DNA of 64,000 nucleotides, taken from positions 202-64,201 of the forward strand of contig JBDNIW010000012.1 of the NCBI GenBank assembly GCA_041688155.1, given 5' to 3'. Under the pieces are notes generated by a model. The model saw only the letters and a list, made by a program, of their open reading frames with translations. It did not search any database and was not told where the DNA came from. This stretch comes from Minisyncoccota bacterium. Lineage in GTDB: Bacteria > Patescibacteriota > Minisyncoccia > Phycocordibacterales > UBA918. The position numbers and the translations under genes were made by a program. Below are positions 37,921 through 46,443 of this stretch, one piece after another (within the stretch, counting starts at the first letter, position 1; every line of letters starts with the position of its first letter).

Positions 37921-38262
37921 CCTCTGTCTGCCCACTAGAACTTGAAACTTACAGTTTCAGTACAGGTTATCGACAGTTTATTTCGAAAACTCATAAACCT
38001 GTCTGATAACCTTCTCAAATAGTTTCCCAAACTATTTGAGCCTAGAACCACGAAGGTATATAGATATTCAAATTCTGAACATCTATACAGTCCTTCGCTC
38101 CAGATCTCAAATACTCGTAAACTCGTGCTTGAATCTTACTCTAGGACTGTAAGCTTCGCGCTCTACTTGGGCAAGTGAGGAGGTGTAGGAAAGTTTACTT
38201 TCGTATAGCCTCCGAACGCAGGACAAGCAAGCTTTGCTTACCGATTGAGCTACTTGGTTTGT
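37921..38262 (-). pseudogene. tRNA-like gene copy split into four ordered pieces (D-arm, D/anticodon, anticodon/T, T-loop/acceptor) by three 75-95-nt inserts; paralog of the adjacent tRNA
   Basis: Pieces ccaagtagctcaatcgg / tagagcgcgaagctta / tataccttcgtggttctagg / tttcaagttctagtgggcaga match the intact tRNA at 38290-38362. They are colinear and on the same strand. Confidence 0.6.
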
Positions 38263-38289
38263 ATATGGCACAAAGAAACACTTTATTTG

Positions 38290-38362
38290 TCCGCCCGCTA
38301 GGACTTGAACCTAGAACCACGAAGGTATAAGCTTCGCGCTCTACCGATTGAGCTACAGGCGG
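38290..38362 (-). tRNA. tRNA with anticodon loop CUUAUAC (anticodon UAU, Ile-AUA-type); CCA not encoded
   Basis: A cloverleaf folds by hand: acceptor CCGCCUG/CGGGCGG (one G-U), D-arm GCUC/GAGC, anticodon stem CGAAG/CUUCG, T-arm CUAGG-UUCAAGU-CCUAG. Confidence 0.7.
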
Positions 38363-38764
38363 ATGTCGGTGCTGTCTACTATAGCGCGAAGGAGCCCAGG
38401 GGACAACGGACTTGACCGATTTTTTACAAACACGTATAACAAGAAGTGGAAGGTGATCCCGCCTCCGTTCCGCCTCTTTTCAACTGGAGTGACCCATGAA
38501 ATATTTCCTGCACACCCCCGTGACGTATGTTACTTCGCAAAAGTCTTGCTTCAGCTGAAAGGAGGCCCAATCTAAACAAGGACACAGTGAGGTAAGCTCT
38601 CACGCAAGATCCTGACGTTGTGTGTCACTTGGGTCCAGTGGACTGACTCGCAACAGACCATGAGATTGTCGCCCACGACAATTAGACTGGTAAATAAAAG
38701 ACCGCACCCCAAAAGGTGCGGTCGAATCGCGTCTACCGTCCAACTATTGCTATACTATAATTCT

Positions 38765-39289
38765 ATGAAACCTGCCCTGTTTATTTTTGGATTACTGATA
38801 ATGAGTGGATTTGCTTCGACCGCCTTGGCCGCTGGTGCAACTACGACGGTGCTTACTAGCACGCCAACCCAAACCGTCGAGGAATCAGTTCGGGAGTACT
38901 TTGCAGACATTCCCGTCATGATTGAAATCGCGCGCTGCGAATCCAAATTTCGCCAGTTTGCTGATAGTGGCAATGTGCTGCGCGGTGGAGTGGGTGGACA
39001 GATGGTTGGGGTGTTTCAGTTTTTTGATCGGTACCACACCAGCCCCGCCTATGAGCGAGGGTTCGACATCGAGACACTCGCGGGTAACCTCGCCTACGCC
39101 AGATACACCTATGAGCAAGAGGGAACAACCCCTTGGAACTCCGCCCGGGCGTGTTGGGATATTCCCAGCGTGAGTACAGCCAAAACGGTTGCCGTATCAG
39201 ACGCTGAACTGACAAAGCAGATCGCATTGCTCAGGCAAATAATCGAACTGTTGCAAACAATCCTTAGTTTGCAACAGGGTAGAGTGTAG
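38765..39289 (+). CDS. secreted Rpf/transglycosylase-like domain protein
   Basis: Signal peptide, then IARCESKFRQF...GGVGGQMVGVFQF, which resembles the CESGGNW...GLFQ transglycosylase-like motif. Confidence 0.55.
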   Translation: MKPALFIFGLLIMSGFASTALAAGATTTVLTSTPTQTVEESVREYFADIPVMIEIARCESKFRQFADSGNVLRGGVGGQMVGVFQFFDRYHTSPAYERGFDIETLAGNLAYARYTYEQEGTTPWNSARACWDIPSVSTAKTVAVSDAELTKQIALLRQIIELLQTILSLQQGRV

Positions 39290-39300
39290 CCGCTAGGTAA

Positions 39301-41478
39301 CTACTCCATATGCAGCGCATCACCCAGACGTGCTACTCGCGCGGCGATCATGGGGAAGTCTTTCTTTAACTCAGGATGGGCGGCGACCAGGTGCTGGGCT
39401 TCGGTGCGGGCTGCTTCAACTAACTTTAGGTTGCGGATGGCTTCCATCCCGAGGTCGCTTAAGCCTGACTGCTTGCCGCCGTACAGCTCACCTGAACCAC
39501 GGAACGTCAGGTCATGCTCGGCTAACTCAAAGCCGTTTTTGGCGGTCGCAAGCGCCTTGAGGCGGTCGCGGGTCTTTTGACTCTTGCTTTCTGTCACCGC
39601 AAAACAGTACGGCTGATGGGTGCCGCGCACCACTCGCCCGCGCAACTGGTGGAGTTGTGACAGTCCAAATCGTTCCGCGCCCTCGATGATGATGTTAGTG
39701 GCATTGGGGACGTTCACGCCGACCTCAACTACGCTGGTTGCAACTAGCACATCTATCTTGTGCTCGTTAAATTCTTTCATAATTTCATCTTTTTCTTTGG
39801 GGGTCATTTTGCCGTGCAGAATCCCGATGGTGTACTCACTGAATTCAGTGTCGCCGAGGCGCTTGGCTTCGGCAACCACACTTTTCATATTTAAGGCATT
39901 TTCTTTGGCGGGGTCAGGCTCTTCGATTCGCGGACAGATAACGTAGGCTTGGCGCCCAATGGCGAGTTCACTGCGGACGTGTGTATACATCGGGGCTGAC
40001 TGACTCGGTCCGACGATGGTGGTTTTGATTGGTTTGCGCCCGGCGGGCATTTCTTCGAGCAGGGTGATGTCGAGGTCACCGTAGATGGTGAGGGCTAGGG
40101 TGCGAGGAATCGGAGTGGCGGTCATTGATAACAGGTGTGGCATCCGGGCGTCTTTTTTGGCCAGCTGCTTACGCTGGTTGGTCCCAAACCGGTGTTGCTC
40201 GTCGATGATGACGTAGGCAAGGTGCTTGAACTCGACGCTTTTGTAAATCAGTGAATGGGTCCCAATCAGGATTGGGATCTCACCGTTTTTCACCCACTTG
40301 AGGAGCTGCGGTTTGCTGATCTTGGTTGGTTTGCTGGGGTCAGTTTTACTAGGGAATTTCATACAACCACTACCAGTAATCAGGCCGATGTTGATCGGCA
40401 GGTGTTGGAAGTATTCGATGAATGATTCAAAGTGTTGTTTCGCGAGGATTTCGGTTGGTGCCATGTAGCCGACCTGTAGGTTTCCAAACTCGATTTTTTT
40501 GTCCATACCCTCGGGCGGGCGAGAGGTGGCTACCGCGTAGGCGGTAGTTGCTGCTACGGCGGTTTTGCCACTCCCAACGTCGCCCTCGAGTAGTCGCGAC
40601 ATAGCGTGGTTGCCACCAAAATTATCGAGGATGTCTTTGATGGATTTGTCCTGGCTAGCGGTGAGAGTAAACGGGAAGCGGTCGGTGAACGCAGCCACGT
40701 GCGCGGGGGAGGTTTTGAAACTATAGGTGGTCGCGGCGTTGGCCGCCGCACGGTTTTGGGCATTCTGGACCTGGATGTAAAACACTTCCTCAAACGCAAA
40801 CCGCTTGCGGGCACTCTCTGCGTGTTGGGCTTTTTTGGGACTATGGATCCACACCAGTGCCGTCGATAACTCGGGCAGATTGTATGTAGACAATATTTCT
40901 TTGGGGATAGGATCGATCAATGTGTCGAGCACGTCTTTCTCAAAGCACTTTAGCACCGTGTGATAGATCCACTTGCTGGTGACGCCTTTGGTCTCGCGGT
41001 AGACGGGGTACAGCGTGTCATCAAGTTGCTCAGTGTCTTTAAAAATACTGTCGTGCCGGTCAATCGGTAGGCTGTCGAGTTTCTCAATCTCGGGGTTAGA
41101 TAGGTACAGTTTGCCCTCAGTGCCTGATACTTTTCCAGCCAACTTCACATACATTCCGTCGGTGTACATTTTGGCGATGTACGGCTGGTTGAACCACATG
41201 ATTTTCATTTTGGCAGAGCCGTCCTCGATATAGCCTTCAGCAATCGGCATTTTGCTCTTCCAGGCTTTACGGGTTTTGAGTCCCGACAGCTGCCCATATA
41301 CCACTGTGTCTTGGTCTTTTTGCAAACTACCAACTGACTGCACATCTGTAATGTCCTCGTAGCGCGCGGGCAAGTGGTACAGCAAGTCAGTCACCGTCTC
41401 AATCCGCAATCGAGCCAAGGCTTTTTTGTGCACGACATCAATCCGGAAATGGTCAGCCAGGTTGTCCGAGAGTTTCAT
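39301..41478 (-). CDS. recG: ATP-dependent DNA helicase RecG
   Basis: 725 aa. Wedge and helicase motifs (GDVGSGKT, DEQHRFG, QLRGRVVRG). Confidence 0.92.
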   Translation of the reverse strand: MKLSDNLADHFRIDVVHKKALARLRIETVTDLLYHLPARYEDITDVQSVGSLQKDQDTVVYGQLSGLKTRKAWKSKMPIAEGYIEDGSAKMKIMWFNQPYIAKMYTDGMYVKLAGKVSGTEGKLYLSNPEIEKLDSLPIDRHDSIFKDTEQLDDTLYPVYRETKGVTSKWIYHTVLKCFEKDVLDTLIDPIPKEILSTYNLPELSTALVWIHSPKKAQHAESARKRFAFEEVFYIQVQNAQNRAAANAATTYSFKTSPAHVAAFTDRFPFTLTASQDKSIKDILDNFGGNHAMSRLLEGDVGSGKTAVAATTAYAVATSRPPEGMDKKIEFGNLQVGYMAPTEILAKQHFESFIEYFQHLPINIGLITGSGCMKFPSKTDPSKPTKISKPQLLKWVKNGEIPILIGTHSLIYKSVEFKHLAYVIIDEQHRFGTNQRKQLAKKDARMPHLLSMTATPIPRTLALTIYGDLDITLLEEMPAGRKPIKTTIVGPSQSAPMYTHVRSELAIGRQAYVICPRIEEPDPAKENALNMKSVVAEAKRLGDTEFSEYTIGILHGKMTPKEKDEIMKEFNEHKIDVLVATSVVEVGVNVPNATNIIIEGAERFGLSQLHQLRGRVVRGTHQPYCFAVTESKSQKTRDRLKALATAKNGFELAEHDLTFRGSGELYGGKQSGLSDLGMEAIRNLKLVEAARTEAQHLVAAHPELKKDFPMIAARVARLGDALHME

Positions 41479-41580
41479 ATAAGTAATATACCAAATAAAC
41501 AGCCGTCGTGGTTGCTGTCATATTTTGCCCCCGCGGGCGGGTGGCGTATACTGTTACTATTATTTTTGTATTTTTATACC

Positions 41581-42729
41581 ATGCCTGCCAAAAAACCTGA
41601 CTACAATCGCCTTGCTCTTGAACTACACAAAAAACTCAAAGGTAAGATTGCTATTGCACCCAAAGGGTCGCTCAAAACCAAACTCGATTGGAGTACGATG
41701 TACTCGCCAGGGGTCGGGGCGGTGTCGACTCATTTGGCCAAGCATCCCCAAGACGCGCGCGAGTACACCATGAAGCGCAACATGGTCGCGGTCATCAGTG
41801 ACGGGTCAGCCATCTTGGGTCTTGGCAACCTTGGTCCCATTGCGGCGCTGCCGGTGATGGAAGGCAAGTGTGCGATTTTTAAGGCGATGGCAAACGTTGA
41901 TGCGTTCCCGATTGTGCTTAATGTGCAGGAACCAGAGCAGATTATTGCCGCGGTTAAAGCCATCGCACCTGGGTTTGGTGGTATCAACCTCGAAGATATC
42001 TCGGCTCCCAAATGCTTTGAGATTGAAGAGCGACTCAAAGCAGAGCTCGATATTCCTGTTATGCACGACGACCAGCACGGGACGGCCATCGTCGTACTAG
42101 CCGGGCTAATCAACGCAGCTAAAGTGGTCAAAAAACGGCTGGAGGATATGAACGTAGTTGTGGTCGGTGCCGGCGCGGCTGGCCGGGCAGTGACTTTGCT
42201 ACTGGTGCAGGCCGGAATCAAACACATCATCGTCACCGACAGCCAAGGGGCAATAGCAGAAGGTCGCGCGGGTATGGCTAGCTACAAACGCGAGTTGGCC
42301 AAGCTCACCAACCGAGAAAAAGTCACCGGTGACTTGATGCAGGTCATCAGTGGAGCAGACGTCGTTATCGGTGTATCTGGTCCCGGCACGATAGCGTCAG
42401 CGCACATCGAGCGGATGGCACCAAACGCCATCGTGTTTGCCTTAGCGAACCCCATCCCCGAAATCATGCCCGAAGACGCCAAACGAGCTGGTGCCCTGAT
42501 CTGCGCGACTGGTCGCTCAGACATGCCAAACCAAATCAACAACTCCCTCGCGTTCCCCGGGATTTTCCGTGGCGCGCTCGACCGTGGTGTGCGAGACATC
42601 ACCGACGAGATGAAGCTAGCCGCCGCGAAGAAAATAGCCAGCCTAGTCAAAAAACCAACCGCAGACAAAATCGTCCCCACCAACAACGAACCAGGTTTGG
42701 TCAAAGCGGTGGCTAGCGTGATCAAATAG
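41581..42729 (+). CDS. NAD(P)-dependent malic enzyme (short form)
   Basis: Malic-enzyme motifs (VISDGSAILGLGN, GAGAAGRAV). Start taken at MPAKKPDY. Confidence 0.85.
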   Translation: MPAKKPDYNRLALELHKKLKGKIAIAPKGSLKTKLDWSTMYSPGVGAVSTHLAKHPQDAREYTMKRNMVAVISDGSAILGLGNLGPIAALPVMEGKCAIFKAMANVDAFPIVLNVQEPEQIIAAVKAIAPGFGGINLEDISAPKCFEIEERLKAELDIPVMHDDQHGTAIVVLAGLINAAKVVKKRLEDMNVVVVGAGAAGRAVTLLLVQAGIKHIIVTDSQGAIAEGRAGMASYKRELAKLTNREKVTGDLMQVISGADVVIGVSGPGTIASAHIERMAPNAIVFALANPIPEIMPEDAKRAGALICATGRSDMPNQINNSLAFPGIFRGALDRGVRDITDEMKLAAAKKIASLVKKPTADKIVPTNNEPGLVKAVASVIK

Positions 42730-42768
42730 TTTGAAGCTAACACTTTTTCTGCTATTCTAGCCAGCAAC

Positions 42769-42854
42769 GGAGACGTGTCAGAGTGGTCTATCGTGCTTCC
42801 TTGCTAAGGAAGTGGGGTTTACGCCCCCGGAGGTTCGAATCCTCTCGTCTCCGC
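42769..42854 (+). tRNA. tRNA-Ser (anticodon GCU), type II with a long variable arm
   Basis: Anticodon arm CUUCC-UUGCUAA-GGAAG, variable hairpin UGGGG...CCCC, T-loop GGUUCGAAUCC, G73 discriminator. Confidence 0.85.
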
Positions 42855-42898
42855 AAATTAAAAAGACCCAACAGGGTCTTTTTAATTTGCGGAGACGA
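42847..42898. terminator. 52-bp perfect palindrome (24-bp arms) that includes the last 8 nt of the tRNA-Ser and an inverted copy of them
   Basis: cgtctccgcaaattaaaaagaccc-aaca-gggtctttttaatttgcggagacg. Confidence 0.7.
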
Positions 42899-42902
42899 AG
42901 CA

Positions 42903-43190
42903 ACAGTCCGGGGGACTGTTGCGTGAGGATTCGAAAAGCTTTTGCGTCAGATTGGGAGCGGAGCGAACTAATCTGTCCAAAAGGTATACTGCTTGTGTAA
43001 CAAGCGAATCCTCTCGTCAATTACGTCACCCGGTCCGGGGGACTGTTGCGTGAGGATTCGAAAAGCTTTTGCGTCAGATTGGGACCGAAGGGAACCAATC
43101 TGTCCAAAAGGTATACTGCTTGTGTAACCAGAGAATTCTCTCGTCAATTACGTCACCCAGTCCGGGGGACTGTTGCGTGAGGATTCGAAA
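42903..43190. repeat. 2.3 tandem copies of a ~127-bp MITE-like unit. Each has a 5' hairpin (caacagtccgggggactgttg), a conserved core hairpin (CTTTTG.GTCAGATTGG...CCAATCTGTCCAAAAGG) and a 3' copy of the tRNA-Ser 3' end (GAATCCTCTCGTC)
   Basis: Direct repeats are visible. The same core family occurs again at 44470-44760. Confidence 0.85.
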
Positions 43191-43277
43191 ATCTTGCTTT
43201 GTTTAAGATGTGTAGTAGTATTTTTGATGGATGTTGCCTAAATCGCAACACAACCTTCATGGAAGAGGAGATGCACC

Positions 43278-43670
43278 ATGAAAACGCGTACCCACTTTGT
43301 TATTCCAGCTTTGGCTGTCCTGGCACTTTCTGCTTGTGGCGGCGGAGGCGAACCTTTTGATCAATCTCGGTCTGCCTTAGACCAGCCACTGACTGTCGCT
43401 ACCATGGATATTACGTCGGTATCGTCCTCCGGTGAAGAGATGGTAGGTACCATATGGGCCTACATAAACTTTACCAGCGAGTTTCATGTTTCTTCTGACG
43501 CTGGCGTTGTGTGTGAAGGCAACACGAACGCCCATGGCGTTGGCGCGATGAATTGCTCCGACGGTCGTATGTACCCAATCGCGATCGAGGGCTATGGTTC
43601 CTTCAATGGTTCCTATGTTGAAGAATACCCAGGTGAAACAGTTCAAATTACCTGGAACCGACGGACCTGA
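43278..43670 (+). CDS. hypothetical lipoprotein
   Basis: Signal peptide with lipobox LSAC-G. Confidence 0.5.
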   Translation: MKTRTHFVIPALAVLALSACGGGGEPFDQSRSALDQPLTVATMDITSVSSSGEEMVGTIWAYINFTSEFHVSSDAGVVCEGNTNAHGVGAMNCSDGRMYPIAIEGYGSFNGSYVEEYPGETVQITWNRRT

Positions 43671-43750
43671 GTTTGAACGAAAACTGACCACTAACCACTA
43701 ACCACTAGCTATGTGTCTGGCCGTCAGTATAAAAAGTAAGAAAGCCCGCG

Positions 43751-43776
43751 GTGTGGGCTTTTTTTGTGCTCCACTG
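43751..43776 (+). terminator. hairpin aaagcccgcggtgtgggcttttttt
   Basis: GC stem followed by a T7 run after the lipoprotein gene. Confidence 0.65.
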
Positions 43777-44218
43777 AGTAGGTTGATGCAGTAGATGAGA
43801 CATGAAGCTGGTGTAAAAATTTAGGATAAATCTGGGATATAAAAAGTATACTAATACTATCCAGATACTCAGCGAATCTTCTCGTTTTTACCACCAAAAA
43901 ACACTCTTTGCTATACTCAATCTATGAATAAATTCTTTCATCACGAATCAGCTGTAAGGGATGGAAATCTGGCGGTACAGCACGTCGACTCCAGATCTGT
44001 TGTAGCTGCAACTCAGACATTTCTTGCATCATGTGGACTAGCACTTAAGGACTGCGTCTTGATTGAGTGTCAACATGCAGACAATATCACTCACGTAACA
44101 GCCAAAGAGAAATCACGTACTATTCCAACGTAAGCGTTGATTACTAACCAATCTGGTCCCAGTAACAAGTGAATCCTCTCGTCGCAAGTAACACTTTATG
44201 ATAAAGTACTACGCACCA

Positions 44219-44315
44219 CACGGAGAGTTGGCTGAGTGGATAAAATAGTCTGGGAGACTGTTTTATCCGACCAAAGGGAGGCGACGAACTCGTTCGACCC
44301 GAAGCCAACTCTCCG
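44219..44315 (+). pseudogene. degenerate tRNA-like element sharing the first 18 nt of the downstream tRNA, with an 11-bp acceptor-like stem (GGAGAGTTGGC/GCCAACTCTCC)
   Basis: The 5' 18 nt are identical to the tRNA at 44338. The internal arms do not form a canonical cloverleaf. Confidence 0.45.
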
Positions 44316-44337
44316 TGGATGAGTAAAGCGAATAGAT

Positions 44338-44424
44338 GGAGAGTTGGCTGAGTGGTCGAAAGCAGCAGTTTACTAAACTGCCGAGCCTTTGCGGGCTCCA
44401 AGGGTTCGAATCCCTTACTCTCCG
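44338..44424 (+). tRNA. type-II (Ser-like, G73) tRNA with an atypical anticodon loop UUACUAA (anticodon ACU?)
   Basis: Acceptor GGAGAGU/ACUCUCC, 3-bp D-stem, anticodon stem GCAGU/ACUGC, variable hairpin GAGCC/GGCTC, T-loop GGGUUCGAAUCCC. Confidence 0.6.
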
Positions 44425-44432
44425 CAAATACC

Positions 44433-44830
44433 AAAACCTAAAGCATGTCTTTAGGTTTTGTTGTATTTTGCGAGAGAGTAAGGGATTCGAAAAGCTTTTG
44501 AGACAGATTGGGACCGAAGGGAATCAATCTGTCCAAAAGGTGTACTGAACTCGTAGAGTTCGAATCCCTTACTCTCCGCCAAAACAAAAAGTACCCGCAA
44601 GGGTGCATTTTTGTAAGCGGACAGTAAAGTAACAGTTCGGGGAACTGTTACGTGGGATTCGAAAAGCTTTTGAGTCAGATTGGGACCAAAGGGAACCAAT
44701 CTGTCCAAAAGGTATACTGCTCGTGTAACGAGAGAAATTCCCTTACTCTCCGCAAATACCAAAACCTAAAGCATGTCTTTAGGTTTTGTTGTATTTTGTG
44801 CGAGAGTGAGGGGTTGGAAAAGAGCTGGAG
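44433..44830. repeat. nest of tRNA-linked repeats: two MITE-like units with the same core as 42903-43190, bounded by inverted and direct copies of this tRNA's 3' end, plus a duplicated terminator hairpin
   Basis: cgagagagtaagggattcgaa (inverted 3' end) ... core ... gttcgaatcccttactctccgcc (direct 3' end). The second unit ends the same way. The terminator AAAACCTAAAGCATGTCTTTAGGTTTT occurs at 44433 and again at 44761. Confidence 0.8.
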
Positions 44831-44929
44831 TGTGTGTCAAAATGAATACTATTCATTTCACATAGCACTGGTTGGGTTATATCTAGGTCCAGCTACCGTT
44901 AGTTCTCAAACACAGCTATAGCTAAACTA

Positions 44930-45289
44930 TCATTCGTGTTTCTGGTGTGAGCCACGGACGGTAATCTCAAGTTCCTCGACGTCGAAGTCATCGAGTCCTA
45001 GTAGTTTGATGATTTCCTTATCAGGAGCAGTAAAGTGAATCACTTTTTCACATTGCCCACAGACAGCATGGTGGTGGGGTTCATGTTGGTATTCAAACCG
45101 GGCTTCTTGAGTCCTCAACTGTAGTTTTTTGATAACCCTTTCTTTGGTGAAGTATTCGAGGTTGCGATATACGGTCGCTAGATTCATATCAGGAACCAGC
45201 CGGTGTACTTCTGACGCTGAAAGGGCAGCCTTATGTTCTTTTAAGGTGTCTAGTATAGCTTGACGTTTTTTAGTGAGCCTTGTTTTCAT
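44930..45289 (-). CDS. Fur-family metalloregulator (probably Zur)
   Basis: Winged-helix and metal-site motifs (HHHAVCGQCEKV, CxxC). Divergent from a His-rich znuA-type operon. Confidence 0.8.
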   Translation of the reverse strand: MKTRLTKKRQAILDTLKEHKAALSASEVHRLVPDMNLATVYRNLEYFTKERVIKKLQLRTQEARFEYQHEPHHHAVCGQCEKVIHFTAPDKEIIKLLGLDDFDVEELEITVRGSHQKHE

Positions 45290-45360
45290 ATGCGAATCAT
45301 TTGCATAATAGCATTCTTCTGCTATACTGCCAATTGCTAATTATTTGCATACAGATTTTA
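45290..45360. promoter_or_regulatory. candidate Zur/Fur boxes in the zur-znuA divergent promoter (ATGCGAATCATTTGCAT and GCTAATTATTTGCAT) with a -10-like TATACT
   Basis: AT-rich near-palindromes between divergent metalloregulator and transporter genes. Confidence 0.45.
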
Positions 45361-45375
45361 TAAGAAAAACAAAAC

Positions 45376-46443
45376 ATGGTCATAAAAAATACAATAGGAA
45401 TTATAATCGGGGTGGCACTACTGGCTGGGGGTGCGTATGTTCTCAGTAGCAATCAAAGTGCTGAAACAAATAGCACTGAGAACCAGGCGCTGTCGATTAC
45501 CACTTCTTTTTACCCGTTAGAGTTCGCTCTTGAGCGAATTGTTGGTGAGTTTGGTACGGTGACCAACGTTGGTGCCGGGAGAGACCCCCATAACTTTAGA
45601 CCAAGTACGCAAGATATGGTGATGATGCAACGGTCTGATATAGTTGTGCTCCAGGGAGCCGATTTTGAACCGTGGGGTGATGATGTCATTGCTCGCCTGG
45701 AGGCAGATGGTGTGCAGGTTATCATTGCTACCGACGCTGTTGAGCTGCACGAAGGTGGACATGATCACGGGGAAGAGCATGCAACAGAGGCAGACCACGC
45801 TGATGAGCCTCATGGTGAAGAACATGCCGATGAACATAAAAAAGATTTGCATGACGATGGTCACAAAGAAGACGAACACGCCGATGAACACAAAGAAGAG
45901 TCTCATGAAGACGAACATGAACATGGTGCGTACGATCCACACACGTGGCTCGACCCGGTACTATTTAGCGAAATGGTAGAATATTTAACTGAAAAAATTG
46001 CTACCCTAGACCCGAGTAATGCTGCGGTGTACCGAAAAAATGCAGCTGCTTTGCAGGCTGAGCTGGCTGCTCTTGATACCGAGTATGCTGACAGACTGGC
46101 CAACTGCGAGCTCGATGAGGTGATTACCTCGCACGATGCCTTTGGGTATCTCGCGGACCGGTATGGCTTCAAAGCGCACTCTATCGCTGGACTGTCTACC
46201 CAAGATACACCGTCGGTCACGACGCTAGCCGCACTACGAGCCGAAGCAGCCGAAGGAATTGGCGCCATCCTGCTTGAGGAAAACAGCATCACTGCCTACG
46301 GCGAAACGCTAGCCAGGGAAACTGGTCTACAGACCCTCCGTCTCAACCCAATCGCGTACATCATCCCTGCAGATGAAACCTACCTCACCTTAATGCAAAG
46401 CAATCTCGATTCGTTCGCGACAGCATTAGTTTGTAATGAATAA
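45376..46443 (+). CDS. znuA: metal (zinc) ABC transporter substrate-binding protein with an ~60-aa His/Asp/Glu-rich loop
   Basis: ZnuA/TroA fold motifs with a long HxxHxxEH-rich insert. Confidence 0.8.
   Translation: MVIKNTIGIIIGVALLAGGAYVLSSNQSAETNSTENQALSITTSFYPLEFALERIVGEFGTVTNVGAGRDPHNFRPSTQDMVMMQRSDIVVLQGADFEPWGDDVIARLEADGVQVIIATDAVELHEGGHDHGEEHATEADHADEPHGEEHADEHKKDLHDDGHKEDEHADEHKEESHEDEHEHGAYDPHTWLDPVLFSEMVEYLTEKIATLDPSNAAVYRKNAAALQAELAALDTEYADRLANCELDEVITSHDAFGYLADRYGFKAHSIAGLSTQDTPSVTTLAALRAEAAEGIGAILLEENSITAYGETLARETGLQTLRLNPIAYIIPADETYLTLMQSNLDSFATALVCNE

Noticed and set aside
38363-38754. Possible RNase P RNA or SRP RNA in the 390-bp spacer next to the tRNA (fragments AAGTCCG...GGGCTCC resemble the RNase P P4 region)
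   Set aside because: The expected partner motifs (ACAGAACCCGGCUUA, GGUAAGAGCGCACC for RNase P; AGGUCCGGAAGGAAGCAGC for SRP) are not found on either strand. The 75-aa ORF 38348-38575 also looks spurious. The region may still hold a divergent ncRNA, which a cmsearch would settle.
42778-43020. 80-aa minus ORF spanning tRNA-Ser and its repeats
   Set aside because: It overlaps a tRNA and repeat units and is not coding.
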